DNA of 64,000 nucleotides from a virus. The translations under genes and the position numbers were made by a program. Below the pieces are notes generated by a model. It saw only the letters and a program-made list of their open reading frames with translations. It was not told the origin of the DNA and did not search any database. Within the stretch, counting starts at the first letter, position 1, and each line of letters starts with the position of its first letter. This document shows, one piece after another, positions 1 through 8,795 of the stretch. Location of the stretch: IMG/VR virus record IMGVR_UViG_3300027844_002282; one strand, given 5' to 3'.

Positions 1-44
1 GTGAAGACGGAAAAGACTCATCATCCAGATGGCTTAAATCTTGG

Positions 45-299
45 ATGAACAATAGAGAAAAACATAATTCATTAGAAGATTGGTATAATGCACTATATAG
101 TATTGTTTACAAAACCAAAAAGTCGCCGCCAAAATTCAAAACTAAAATATCCCTACACGCATCAAACCTTCTTTTAAATATGGCAAGGCTTAAGAAAGAG
201 GGGATGGGCGACGAGAAACACGACTATATGTGCGAAAAGATTTGCGATGTTATAATAGACGCAGAAGATTGGGAAAAAGAACATGATATAGAATCATAG
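45..299 (+). CDS. hypothetical protein
   Basis: 84-aa ORF, phage-like composition, no recognisable motif. Confidence 0.5.
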   Translation: MNNREKHNSLEDWYNALYSIVYKTKKSPPKFKTKISLHASNLLLNMARLKKEGMGDEKHDYMCEKICDVIIDAEDWEKEHDIES

Positions 300-360
300 T
301 GGGAATAAATGGTGACAACATGACAAAAAGAATCGTAGTAACGAACAAGAGATAATCATA

Positions 361-840
361 ATGCAATGGGACTCAGTATACATGCCAAACTCAGCTTATC
401 CCCCGCACGTTGGACATGCGGCAATGATCTTACACGCAAGAGCGAGCTTTCTCTACACAAAATTTTATTTAGAATCTTATAACACGCCTGGAATCGATCT
501 TAGATGGGGGGTCGTTCATGATGTTCGCTCAACACCAGAGTTTGAAAAAATGCAGGTTGATCTTATGAATTGGATGGGATACCCACCGGAATTTGAATTG
601 CGACTAAATGAATATGGGAATTTTCAAGCCGACGTGATGTGCATGTTGTTAAAGATGGAAATTCGAGAGGCCGATTTCAAAAGCCTTGAAATTGGGAAGT
701 TTATGGTTCTAAACTCAGTAAGAACTCACATAAGGGGGGTGGGACCTTGTTCCGTTAGAAAAAGTAGAGAGGCCATTGGCGGGCGCTTTTGGATTCGGCT
801 ACCCAACAATAAGATACGCCCCATTATTATTAGACAATAA
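361..840 (+). CDS. hypothetical protein
   Basis: 159-aa ATG ORF, no recognisable motif. Confidence 0.55.
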   Translation: MQWDSVYMPNSAYPPHVGHAAMILHARASFLYTKFYLESYNTPGIDLRWGVVHDVRSTPEFEKMQVDLMNWMGYPPEFELRLNEYGNFQADVMCMLLKMEIREADFKSLEIGKFMVLNSVRTHIRGVGPCSVRKSREAIGGRFWIRLPNNKIRPIIIRQ

Positions 841-1168
841 TGGCGAAAAGATATGCTCTAGTAAAAGCGAGCATAAAAAGTTTCAACTAACTCAAGTAAC
901 TATGGATTCAAATGGGCCAGACAGTCTGATTGAAAAGCTATTAAAATGCCACTGCCCTGACGCGGAACATGTGAGAGGCGAAGACCCTGACGAAATAGCG
1001 ATCAGATGGTGTAGAAAACTATGGACGCATTACCATGGATTAGCTTGTCTTGGACAGCCAATGACGCCAATAAAATTTAACTTATAAAATGCCGATGAAA
1101 CATTTATATGGATGATGTCCTGTCTTGTAAGCAGGTTAACTCGGATCGTTACCGAGCTTCGGCTCCAA

Positions 1169-1660
1169 TTACGTCTTCAAACCGCCAGGAGCGTTTTGTT
1201 GATCAAAGTATTGAGTGACAGCACCCTGGTCAAAGTACCCCAGTTCCCCAAGATACTTCTCAACATCCAGGGAAGGGGCGAATACGCTTTTGAAATAAGT
1301 GCGTAGTTTTGGAATCACCTCACTTGGCATAAAGAGCCCGCTTCTGTTCATATCAACAATGTGTATTTGAACCTGTTTGGTCCCTCTCGGATACAACGCT
1401 TCCCCTGCGTATGGGATAAGCCACATCTGAAGATACCCCAGACGAACATTCGTAGGGGCGAAAACCTGGATTTCAACAAGACTCCTGTCAGATCTATTTT
1501 CGACCCTTGATTTCACCTCAAGACCAAAAAACTCTTGAACTATATTAACAGCCCCGGCCTCTGCGGCCTGAACGTCTGCATCGTCCAAAGCCAATTTCTT
1601 GTCCAAAACAGATCTTACTTTCTGTTGAAGGGCATCATTATCGTCTGCATAAATTCTCAT
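1169..1660 (-). CDS. hypothetical protein
   Basis: 163-aa ORF preceded by an AGG-N19-GTA motif (1701-1725, minus strand). Confidence 0.65.
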   Translation of the reverse strand: MRIYADDNDALQQKVRSVLDKKLALDDADVQAAEAGAVNIVQEFFGLEVKSRVENRSDRSLVEIQVFAPTNVRLGYLQMWLIPYAGEALYPRGTKQVQIHIVDMNRSGLFMPSEVIPKLRTYFKSVFAPSLDVEKYLGELGYFDQGAVTQYFDQQNAPGGLKT

Positions 1661-1737
1661 GAAAATAACCTAATATGTAAAATTAACTTGTTTTTTCATA
1701 TACGCGGTTACATTGCAGATATCCTTTTTCAATCTAT

Positions 1738-1801
1738 ACATTGGTGGCGCAACAGGCTCTTAATCTGAAGGTTGCGGGTTCGATTACCGCCCGATGCACC
1801 A
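1738..1801 (+). pseudogene. degenerate tRNA-Lys(CUU), D-arm missing
   Basis: anticodon loop CTCTTAA, GGTTCGAT T-loop and 3' CCGATGC-A-CCA; 5' strand ACATTGG; D-arm collapsed to a single GCGC. Confidence 0.6.
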
Positions 1802-1802
1802 A

Positions 1803-2075
1803 TTACTCAAGGCCGAGCATCTCTTTTGCTCTCTCGTCAGTGATCAAGCCTGATTCAAAAGACTTAAAGATTTGCTCGAAAGAGAAACCGTCTTTGTAAA
1901 TACGGCCAATCTCGTAAGCCTCGTTCCCATGCGGAACGGTAATTACAGCAGTGGCAGCCTGGGCGGCACCTAATTGCTTTTCGACTCTGGCCTTTTCTGA
2001 CTCAAGGTCTTGGACGGAAGCGGGTGAATTTTGAGAGCCAACAGTAACGACAAATAATCTTTTACTCATAATCAA
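1803..2075 (-). CDS. hypothetical protein
   Basis: 90-aa ORF with an AGGAG RBS upstream. Confidence 0.6.
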   Translation of the reverse strand: MIMSKRLFVVTVGSQNSPASVQDLESEKARVEKQLGAAQAATAVITVPHGNEAYEIGRIYKDGFSFEQIFKSFESGLITDERAKEMLGLE

Positions 2076-2113
2076 ACTCCTGTGGTTAGGTTAAAATATA
2101 TTATACATCACAT

Positions 2114-2193
2114 GGACGCATAGCTTAGTCTGGCTAAAGCGCTTGTATGACACATGCAAGAGATCGTTGGTTCGAATCCAACTGTGTTCACCA
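2114..2193 (+). tRNA. tRNA-Val(GAC)-like with a 9-nt anticodon loop
   Basis: acceptor GGACGCA/TGTGTTC, D-arm GCTT..AAGC, stem CTTGT/GCAAG around ATGACACAT, T-arm GTTGG-TTCGAAT-CCAAC, encoded CCA. Confidence 0.75.
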
Positions 2194-2483
2194 AACTTAA
2201 AAATATTAATAGAAGGTCATATTATGGGTAAACATCACGAATGTAAAATTACAAAACTAAAAGACCAGGAATTTTTCAAGAAAGATAATCCACACTATGG
2301 AAGGTCTCGCAGAATTTATAAGCAAGAATTCCACAGCCTTTGACCCAGATGATAAGAAAAAGCTAAAGCTATGGGCGGAAGAAGAGTTCGCGAGGCAAGA
2401 AAGGGCGTTAACAACTTGATATCAATAAGTAGTTAAAAGGATCTTAGTTAAAATCTAAAGAAATAGCCTATGGAGGCTATAAA

Positions 2484-2780
2484 ATGGATGCTGACGAAAA
2501 AGATTTACAGAAAAGTCTTGGGATTGAAAACATAGATGAAGAAGATGAACTTCAGGACGTGATAGGGAGAGAGGGGAAGATCGTTGAGGCGGACTTCCTG
2601 ATTACGCAAATAATAATGCTACAATCCATCCTTAGAAGGGACTACTCTATCGACGAAAGAGAAATTAGGAAAAGGTCTTCCGTACTATGTAGAAGGTCCA
2701 ATTTCGAATATTTATCAGATATTGTTAGAGAAATTGAATCCTTAAGAATAAGACATGACAAGAAAAATACGGCGGGATAG
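2484..2780 (+). CDS. hypothetical protein
   Basis: GGAGG RBS and AGG-N19-GAA motif upstream; 3' end overlaps the tRNA at 2771. Confidence 0.65.
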   Translation: MDADEKDLQKSLGIENIDEEDELQDVIGREGKIVEADFLITQIIMLQSILRRDYSIDEREIRKRSSVLCRRSNFEYLSDIVREIESLRIRHDKKNTAG

Positions 2781-2838
2781 CTCAACTGGAAGAGCACTTG
2801 TTTCATACGCAAGAGGTTGGGGGGCGGTTCCGCCACCA
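2771..2838 (+). pseudogene. tRNA with CAU anticodon (Met/Ile2), T-arm largely missing
   Basis: acceptor GGCGGGA/TTCCGCC-A-CCA, D-arm GCTC..GAGC, CTTGT-TTCATAC-GCAAG; only GGGGGGCGG remains of the T-arm. Confidence 0.65.
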
Positions 2839-3336
2839 ATTTCCCACAACGACTTGAAAACAACGATAACAGTGCTATGTTATCTCATAACCTGCTTAAG
2901 GAAAAATCATGAATCATTACATCGAAGTGTTGATCAAACAAGAGATTGGGAAATTTGTCGAGGAAGAATTGAGAGGTAGATATAGAGATTACGTCTCAGA
3001 CATCTTCTTGACTTCAATCTTATTGAATCGTATGAATGACAGCCATCATCATGGCGGCATATCAAGAGGTTAGTACTTTTTCGAGGACGACCACAACGCC
3101 ACCGTTTTTTTACGAAGCATCTTGCTGTATCTTTGAATCGATCTTATAGTATGGTTGCAAAGTTGGCGGGAATGGCCATCACGTTGCCCAGAACTTTTAT
3201 TCATACATGAAGATAAGATTGCATGGAGTGACAAGGGAAATCGCTATTAAAAAGGGCGAGACTATAGAAAGGGGTTATAATTAGCGCTCTTGAAGGAGAA
3301 CTTAGTAAAAATCTCATAGAAGCCCGTGTCCCCCAT

Positions 3337-3543
3337 TTGGCTGCGGCGATAAGAGACATGGAAGGTTGCCCTAATGGAGATCTAAAGTGTTCAAGGTGCA
3401 AAGCTGAAGGTGCGTCAAACAACAGACAACGCACCGCATATGCAAATCCAGACAATATGGCAATTTATTGCCCATCATGTCAAGAAGAAGCGGACGCTTA
3501 TTGGAAAGAGCAATGGGATGAATATTACGGTGCAATATTATAA
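3337..3543 (+). CDS. small Cys-rich (Zn-ribbon-like) protein, start uncertain
   Basis: two CxxC pairs (CSRC, CPSC). Confidence 0.45.
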   Translation: MAAAIRDMEGCPNGDLKCSRCKAEGASNNRQRTAYANPDNMAIYCPSCQEEADAYWKEQWDEYYGAIL

Positions 3544-3563
3544 CTCGTAACCAGGAAGACATT

Positions 3564-3824
3564 ATGACAATTTATAGAAGAACAATGGAAATTTCTAACA
3601 AAGAGTTGAGCAATGGCCAATGGGAAATTTTTAACAAAAAGAATATTGAATTTATTGCTCTGGCGCTAAGGAGCGACAAGTGGACATCAATTGATAATTT
3701 ATCAAAAGACATTGGGCTCTATAGAAAAGCTCATAAAGAGCCAGAAATAACTCAAGAAGAGATCATCGTAGCGTTAGAAAGTTTAATATTGCACGACATG
3801 GCGGAGTGCAAAGAGTCCGAATAA
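3564..3824 (+). CDS. hypothetical protein
   Basis: 86-aa ORF with AGGAAG upstream. Confidence 0.55.
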   Translation: MTIYRRTMEISNKELSNGQWEIFNKKNIEFIALALRSDKWTSIDNLSKDIGLYRKAHKEPEITQEEIIVALESLILHDMAECKESE

Positions 3825-3841
3825 TACAACGAGAGGGAAGT

Positions 3842-4324
3842 ATGGAAGATATGAAATGGGAAATTGAGCCTCACAAACTAAGTCCGTGTCCTGGAGACTA
3901 TGGTGAAATAATAGGGAACGTTAACCAAATGGAATATAATGGTAAAGAAATCCCATGGATACAGGATGTTCATTTATTGGTTGGCCAGCTACCCACATTT
4001 GAAAAAGAGATGAAATACGCGGTATTTCATGATTGCGTAGTAAAGTTAGACCGGAACACGTGCAAAAGTAAGCTAATGCCAGTTTATGAGGTGATCTCCA
4101 AAAGAAGGCCCATAGACACAAACGGTGAGGGAAACGAGTCTACTTACAAAGAGATGGAGATATTTCTTATGTCATGTCATCTTGACGCAAGAAGGACCTT
4201 GGCCTGCAATGTTCTCAAAGAGCTTGGTTGTGATTATGTAACTATGATTAGAAGGTTGGGTCCAACAATGATCGGCCCGCCAAACGGCTTTATTTATGAA
4301 GAATTAGCAATCGTTGGTCAATAA
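3842..4324 (+). CDS. hypothetical protein
   Basis: ATG at 3842 after GAGGGAAG; same frame as the listed ORF 3806..4324. Confidence 0.55.
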   Translation: MEDMKWEIEPHKLSPCPGDYGEIIGNVNQMEYNGKEIPWIQDVHLLVGQLPTFEKEMKYAVFHDCVVKLDRNTCKSKLMPVYEVISKRRPIDTNGEGNESTYKEMEIFLMSCHLDARRTLACNVLKELGCDYVTMIRRLGPTMIGPPNGFIYEELAIVGQ

Positions 4325-4329
4325 TATAT

Positions 4330-4403
4330 GCTCTTGTGGTGAAAAGGAATCATTTCTCTTTCCTAAAGAGATGTTGCGGGTTCAAGTCCTGCCGGGAGTA
4401 CCA
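4330..4403 (+). tRNA. tRNA-Arg(CCU)
   Basis: GCTCTTG/CGGGAGT acceptor, TCTCT-TTCCTAA-AGAGA anticodon arm, GCGGG-TTCAAGT-CCTGC T-arm, CCA. Confidence 0.85.
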
Positions 4404-4813
4404 ATATAGTCCAAATATGATCCTCTCACCAATCTTGTTTATCAAAGATTATTTTGAAGGAATCGCATACGGACCTCCGAGAAAGTATAAAGCGAACATG
4501 AAATTAGTTTGTAATGACATCTATAGTTTAATAGGGGCCAGAGCATTTTCAATTTTATAGAACAGGTAAAAAGAACAAACAGCAGGTATAGGTATGAATA
4601 TCGAAAAAAATTTTTATATAACGATGTCCAATTCGGCGTAGAGGTCTTAGTACCAAGTTACCATACCATAGATAAAAACGCCATAAATAACGCGATAATA
4701 AAACTTGTAATGACTGGAGTGAAAAACATCAGTGTTGTAAAGTCTGGAGGCCAGGTCGGAATCATGGGATCAGAAAAAGAAATAACACCATGGTCTATAT
4801 TTGGGGGAAGGGA

Positions 4814-5326
4814 ATGAAAAAGAGTTCATTAATCCTGTTTATACTAATGACCATGGAGGCATTCTCATTTGAACCAAGGATGCAGGCCGAAGTCAGAACA
4901 TACACTCCAGAGCACCTGGTTCCAAAAAAAGCAACAATTGAGCTTCTCGATGGCACTAAGATAATCGGAACTATAGAAGACAAAGATGGGAAATACATTA
5001 TCAAATCCGAATCTGCCGGTGAAATAATCATAGAAAAAGACGAGGCGAAAATTATTGAATATAAGGAACGGGTTGTAAAGAAGAAAAGCGAGGGGAAAAA
5101 AACAATCAGTGATCTACAACAAATGATGCTTTCAGACCCAGACTTGATCAATGAAATCATTCTTAGGTTCGCCACTGATAAAGATTTTCTTGATGTTATA
5201 TCAGACCCAGAAGTAATAAAACATATCCAAGATTTTAATCTATTGGAGCTTCTTACAAATCCGAAAATACAGGCTCTTACCGAAAAGGAAAGCATTAAAG
5301 ATTTTACCAAAAAAGTCACTGAATAA
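4814..5326 (+). CDS. putative exported protein
   Basis: MKKSSLILFILMTMEAFS resembles a signal peptide. Confidence 0.6.
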   Translation: MKKSSLILFILMTMEAFSFEPRMQAEVRTYTPEHLVPKKATIELLDGTKIIGTIEDKDGKYIIKSESAGEIIIEKDEAKIIEYKERVVKKKSEGKKTISDLQQMMLSDPDLINEIILRFATDKDFLDVISDPEVIKHIQDFNLLELLTNPKIQALTEKESIKDFTKKVTE

Positions 5327-5328
5327 TT

Positions 5329-5721
5329 ATGGTCGAAGATGAAAAAGAATTACAAGGAATGATTGGACCTAACGGCGGGCCAGATATCCTATTTATAAGA
5401 AAATCTGAGACTCTTGATAGCATAGTCACAGAATACGAGTGGCCAAACGGATCTTCTTTCAGACTGGGATTCTCAGAACAGGGAGTCCGTGGGGATATTT
5501 ATTGCGCGGACAGAAGTGGCGGTGTTAAAATGGGAATAGTAGACGACTCAGGAGGGTTTACTGTCCCAACATACTATTGTCATAAAATAAATATGCCAGT
5601 AATAATTAACGAATTGGCTATGCGTAGCTGTCGTAATATTTACATACTTAGAAAGGGCTCAGAACTTGGCGTGTTTGGCGGAAACATAGAACTTGATCTT
5701 TCTAAACCAGACAGGGGCTAA
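5329..5721 (+). CDS. hypothetical protein
   Basis: 130-aa ORF tightly coupled to the upstream gene. Confidence 0.55.
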   Translation: MVEDEKELQGMIGPNGGPDILFIRKSETLDSIVTEYEWPNGSSFRLGFSEQGVRGDIYCADRSGGVKMGIVDDSGGFTVPTYYCHKINMPVIINELAMRSCRNIYILRKGSELGVFGGNIELDLSKPDRG

Positions 5722-5727
5722 AGACTA

Positions 5728-5925
5728 ATGCTAAGTAGAGAGTTCCTGTTAGATTTAGAAAAATGTTGTGGCAGCGGATGCTTTAACTGCCCATATGACC
5801 CAAGGCACACGAGAGGGTCAGAAAAAATTTCAAAAGACGCCCCTGTAGTTCAATCGGAAGAACAGTTGCCTTCGAAGCAATCGCGTCCGGGTTCGAATCC
5901 TGGCAGGGGTACCAATAACGATTAA
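5728..5925 (+). CDS. small Cys-rich protein (DUF5522-like)
   Basis: CCGSGCFNCPY motif; the ORF as read runs through the tRNA at 5839, so the true end is probably earlier. Confidence 0.55.
   Translation: MLSREFLLDLEKCCGSGCFNCPYDPRHTRGSEKISKDAPVVQSEEQLPSKQSRPGSNPGRGTNND
5839..5914 (+). tRNA. tRNA-Arg(UCG)
   Basis: GCCCCTG/CAGGGGT acceptor, GTTGC-CTTCGAA-GCAAT, CCGGG-TTCGAAT-CCTGG, CCA. Confidence 0.9.
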
Positions 5926-6034
5926 TCTGGATTAGGGAGCCAGTTGAATGCCAACTTCCCAAGGACGGGCGTTGAGGAATCCTCAATAGCTCTTACGAGA
6001 GCGAATCCTTGTTAAAAACACGTCGCCATTTTAC

Positions 6035-6299
6035 GTCGATGTAGGCGAGAGGAATAGCCATCGTAAACACGGAAATGAAGTCCCTAACGGGAGTATGAGA
6101 AGATATATCTCGGTAATATAGCTGCGTTGTGGCGTTCCCGGTATACGTCTTTTGGTATAAAGGTTGTAAATGAGCTTCTAAGGCGACCTGGAAAAGCGAA
6201 GAGTGGAACCAGGTGGGTATAAGTAACCTGCCTTATTGATGCCCGTGACCTAACAGTACCGTTCATACCACGTCGATTCAAGTCCGACCATCGACACCA
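6035..6299 (+). ncRNA. tRNA-shaped RNA with a 211-nt insert replacing the anticodon/variable arms
   Basis: perfect acceptor GTCGATG/CATCGAC plus A-CCA, D-arm GGC-GAGAGGAATA-GCC, T-arm GTCGA-TTCAAGT-CCGAC; 6061-6271 lies between them. Confidence 0.75.
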
Positions 6300-6329
6300 A
6301 TTATGTAGAACCAAAAACGTAGAGAATTT

Positions 6330-6416
6330 GCATCGGTGACCGAATTGGCTGAAGGTATCAGACTTTTAATCTGAAGAGCTAAGGCTCCACTGGGGGTTCG
6401 AATCCCTCCCGATGTA
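6330..6416 (+). tRNA. tRNA-Lys(UUU) with long variable arm, no encoded CCA
   Basis: GCATCGG/CCGATGT acceptor, TCAGA-CTTTTAA-TCTGA, variable hairpin GAGC-TAAG-GCTC, GGGGG-TTCGAAT-CCCTC. Confidence 0.85.
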
Positions 6417-6501
6417 AATGTGAAACCATAACCAATAAAGAACAACTAATAGATAACAATAAATAGAATAACATAATCATAACTCAAAAAAAGGGGGGCG
6501 C

Positions 6502-6900
6502 ATGAGTTGGTGGAAATTTTGGTCTAAGACCAAAAATTATAGGGTGTCGGGAGCGGAAGTGATTGAAGAAAAATGGCCAAGTGACAGGCTAATAATTATA
6601 AGAAAAAACAAGGGCGAATCAGTGATCTATTTGAAAGACACTAAGACCCCAGTAATAGCAAGAAACGATGATAATGATTACATTTTAATACCAAAATTTG
6701 AAGTGGGTAAACCATATCTAAAACTGAAAGATCTCGCATACAAAATAGCAAAATTCGGAATCTATACACACATACACATTTTCAACATAGACGGGAGTAC
6801 GGTAGCGGTGGTGGGAACCGTTAGAAAAATCGGGTTAGCTAAGGAGTTTTATAGCATAAGAGATAGCTCAAGCGCACATAATATTAACAAATATGTATAA
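6502..6900 (+). CDS. hypothetical protein
   Basis: 132-aa ORF with a G-rich RBS. Confidence 0.6.
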   Translation: MSWWKFWSKTKNYRVSGAEVIEEKWPSDRLIIIRKNKGESVIYLKDTKTPVIARNDDNDYILIPKFEVGKPYLKLKDLAYKIAKFGIYTHIHIFNIDGSTVAVVGTVRKIGLAKEFYSIRDSSSAHNINKYV

Positions 6901-6968
6901 AAGGGCTTGACTTTTCCCAATACCGAGCATATATTATCAACCAACGTACAATCAACAAGAGGTGAACC

Positions 6969-7496
6969 ATGAAGCTCCCGGTGTTATTAGTATTTTCAGC
7001 GTTCTTATCTGGATGTGCAACTTTACCAGTGGGGAAACAGTCTGCACCACCAATATACACCTGTGAAACAATGCTCCCACCACTTCTTGAGGATTTTTAC
7101 AGAATTTATCGAGAACCATACGTGGAAAACTTGTACGATTGTTCAAATAAATCTGCAAAATACACCCTCAAGTTGAGAGAAAATGGATTTGAGGCAAACA
7201 CGATCCTTATTGAACAAGTCGGCTATGTTGTTGGCGACTTTATACACGCGGTTGTTATTATAAAGATAGGGGACGATTGTGAGTTTTTCTGTGATATTAC
7301 AAATGGGACTTGGACTACCGATTTACCCACACTCGGAATTCCTTTAGCCTACGTCAACAGTATAGACTTGTTGACGAATTATGAATATGTTAACAATTTG
7401 CATTTGATCCCGTTTTTGGGAGAAGTGATAAAAGTGAGAGCTAATGGGGTCTTATACATAGACATAGCCGTTCCCGTTGTACTTGCACCAAAGTAG
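6969..7496 (+). CDS. putative lipoprotein with a transglutaminase/papain-like Cys-His-Asp arrangement
   Basis: lipobox FLSG-C; YDCSNKS ... IHAVV ... CDIT; GAGGTG RBS and TTGACT promoter-like element upstream. Confidence 0.55.
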   Translation: MKLPVLLVFSAFLSGCATLPVGKQSAPPIYTCETMLPPLLEDFYRIYREPYVENLYDCSNKSAKYTLKLRENGFEANTILIEQVGYVVGDFIHAVVIIKIGDDCEFFCDITNGTWTTDLPTLGIPLAYVNSIDLLTNYEYVNNLHLIPFLGEVIKVRANGVLYIDIAVPVVLAPK

Positions 7497-7554
7497 AGAT
7501 GGGAGTATAGCTCAGATAGGGTTTTTACAGTTAGTTGTTCTCAATTAAAGAAGG

Positions 7555-7794
7555 ATGTTTCAGGAAAAATGCGTGTTCGTATGTGAAACCTGCGGAACAA
7601 AACATCGAAAAGAAAAGACGGCCAAAGGGTGCTCGATACTTGACAAAAGGGAAGCTATCATTAAGAAGTGCAAAAATTACACTGTAATGTTTGACTCGGC
7701 GATCCATAGACATAATCCAAATGCAGATACAGCAGATAGGTTTTTGGCTGGATTTATCATAGACCAAGCCATTAACGATCCAGATTGGGAATGA
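7555..7794 (+). CDS. hypothetical protein
   Basis: 79-aa ORF with a CETCG motif. Confidence 0.5.
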   Translation: MFQEKCVFVCETCGTKHRKEKTAKGCSILDKREAIIKKCKNYTVMFDSAIHRHNPNADTADRFLAGFIIDQAINDPDWE

Positions 7795-7795
7795 C

Positions 7796-8008
7796 ATGAA
7801 AAATATTACCATATATGATGAAGAATGGAGATATTACCAAAAAGAAAATGGGGACACGATTTTATACTCCCCTCTATATCAGATATATGAAATCGGATTC
7901 GCCCACTGTAACAAGTTGATGCATACAGGATTCACCATAATAGATCCTGTAAAATTGAGTGAGTACATAAAGAGGTATATTTTGGAGACTAATCATGGGT
8001 CTAAGTAA
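7796..8008 (+). CDS. hypothetical protein
   Basis: ORF coupled to both neighbours. Confidence 0.5.
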   Translation: MKNITIYDEEWRYYQKENGDTILYSPLYQIYEIGFAHCNKLMHTGFTIIDPVKLSEYIKRYILETNHGSK

Positions 8009-8333
8009 CCATTGGAAATCTGACAAGGGAGTAAAATTCGATCACGAGTTAAGACTAATAAACAATGGAATAGGTGAAGGCGAAATGGTCTTCTTTGGTG
8101 GAAAATGCTATCACGACATGGTATTTGGAATCACCAATATATCATTAGGGCGAGATGAGATCAGCAATGAGGCAATAATCAGAATATCCGAAGTTCTTGA
8201 TGAGACTTCATACAAAGCGGCGAAAGAACATGCAGATCCGCAATGGGAGATGCAAGATTTTGAATATGATGATTTTAGACTCATGTTCAGGAAATACGCA
8301 GAGGCAGGAGCAACGTTAACTGGATCGTGGTAG
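7995..8333 (+). CDS. hypothetical protein
   Basis: 112-aa ORF with a GGAG RBS. Confidence 0.55.
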   Translation: MGLSNHWKSDKGVKFDHELRLINNGIGEGEMVFFGGKCYHDMVFGITNISLGRDEISNEAIIRISEVLDETSYKAAKEHADPQWEMQDFEYDDFRLMFRKYAEAGATLTGSW

Positions 8334-8351
8334 ATTCGAGGAATACAAACA

Positions 8352-8795
8352 ATGATATCAACAGAAAATCCGAAAGGAACAATCGTAATCACAAGCGGAT
8401 ATTTTGACCCTCTACATGTAGGACATATAGAGTATCTTGAGTTAGCAAAACACTGGGGCGACTATTTAATAGCGATAGTCAACAACAACAATCAAGCTCT
8501 CCTTAAAAGCGGCGGATTTTTAATGGATCAGTTCGATAGGTTGAAAATTGTTGGCTCATTGGGAATAGTTGATTCCGCACACCTTTCCATTGATAAGGGG
8601 CAATCAGTGAAGGACACAGTCGCTTACTTGCGACAGCAGTACCCAGACAACAAAATGATCTTCGCCAATGGCGGAGACAGGCCCTCTGAGGGGCTCGAAG
8701 AGACCCAAGTGTGTGCTGATGGCGGAATCGAGTTAATAGACGGCCTCGGTGATAAGATCAGATCTTCATCAGATTTTAGGAATTATTCTGTGTAG
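8352..8795 (+). CDS. cytidylyltransferase-family nucleotidyltransferase (HldC/RfaE2- or TagD-like)
   Basis: SGYFDPLHVGH (HxGH) motif, FANGGDR and C-terminal SSS. Confidence 0.85.
   Translation: MISTENPKGTIVITSGYFDPLHVGHIEYLELAKHWGDYLIAIVNNNNQALLKSGGFLMDQFDRLKIVGSLGIVDSAHLSIDKGQSVKDTVAYLRQQYPDNKMIFANGGDRPSEGLEETQVCADGGIELIDGLGDKIRSSSDFRNYSV

Noticed and set aside
6035-6299. Second tmRNA or standard group I intron-containing tRNA
   Set aside because: No G3:U70 pair, a D-stem is present, no Ala-Ala-ending tag frame, and no recognisable P7 core or splice restoring an anticodon arm; kept as an unclassified RNA.
6084-6314. Minus-strand ORF, and other short ORFs overlapping tRNAs (2143, 2755, 4336, 5783)
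   Set aside because: They overlap clear RNA genes, lack an RBS and have no protein motifs.
7501-7520. GGGAGTATAGCTCAG resembling a tRNA 5' end
   Set aside because: No anticodon arm, T-arm or matching 3' acceptor strand follows; at most a remnant.
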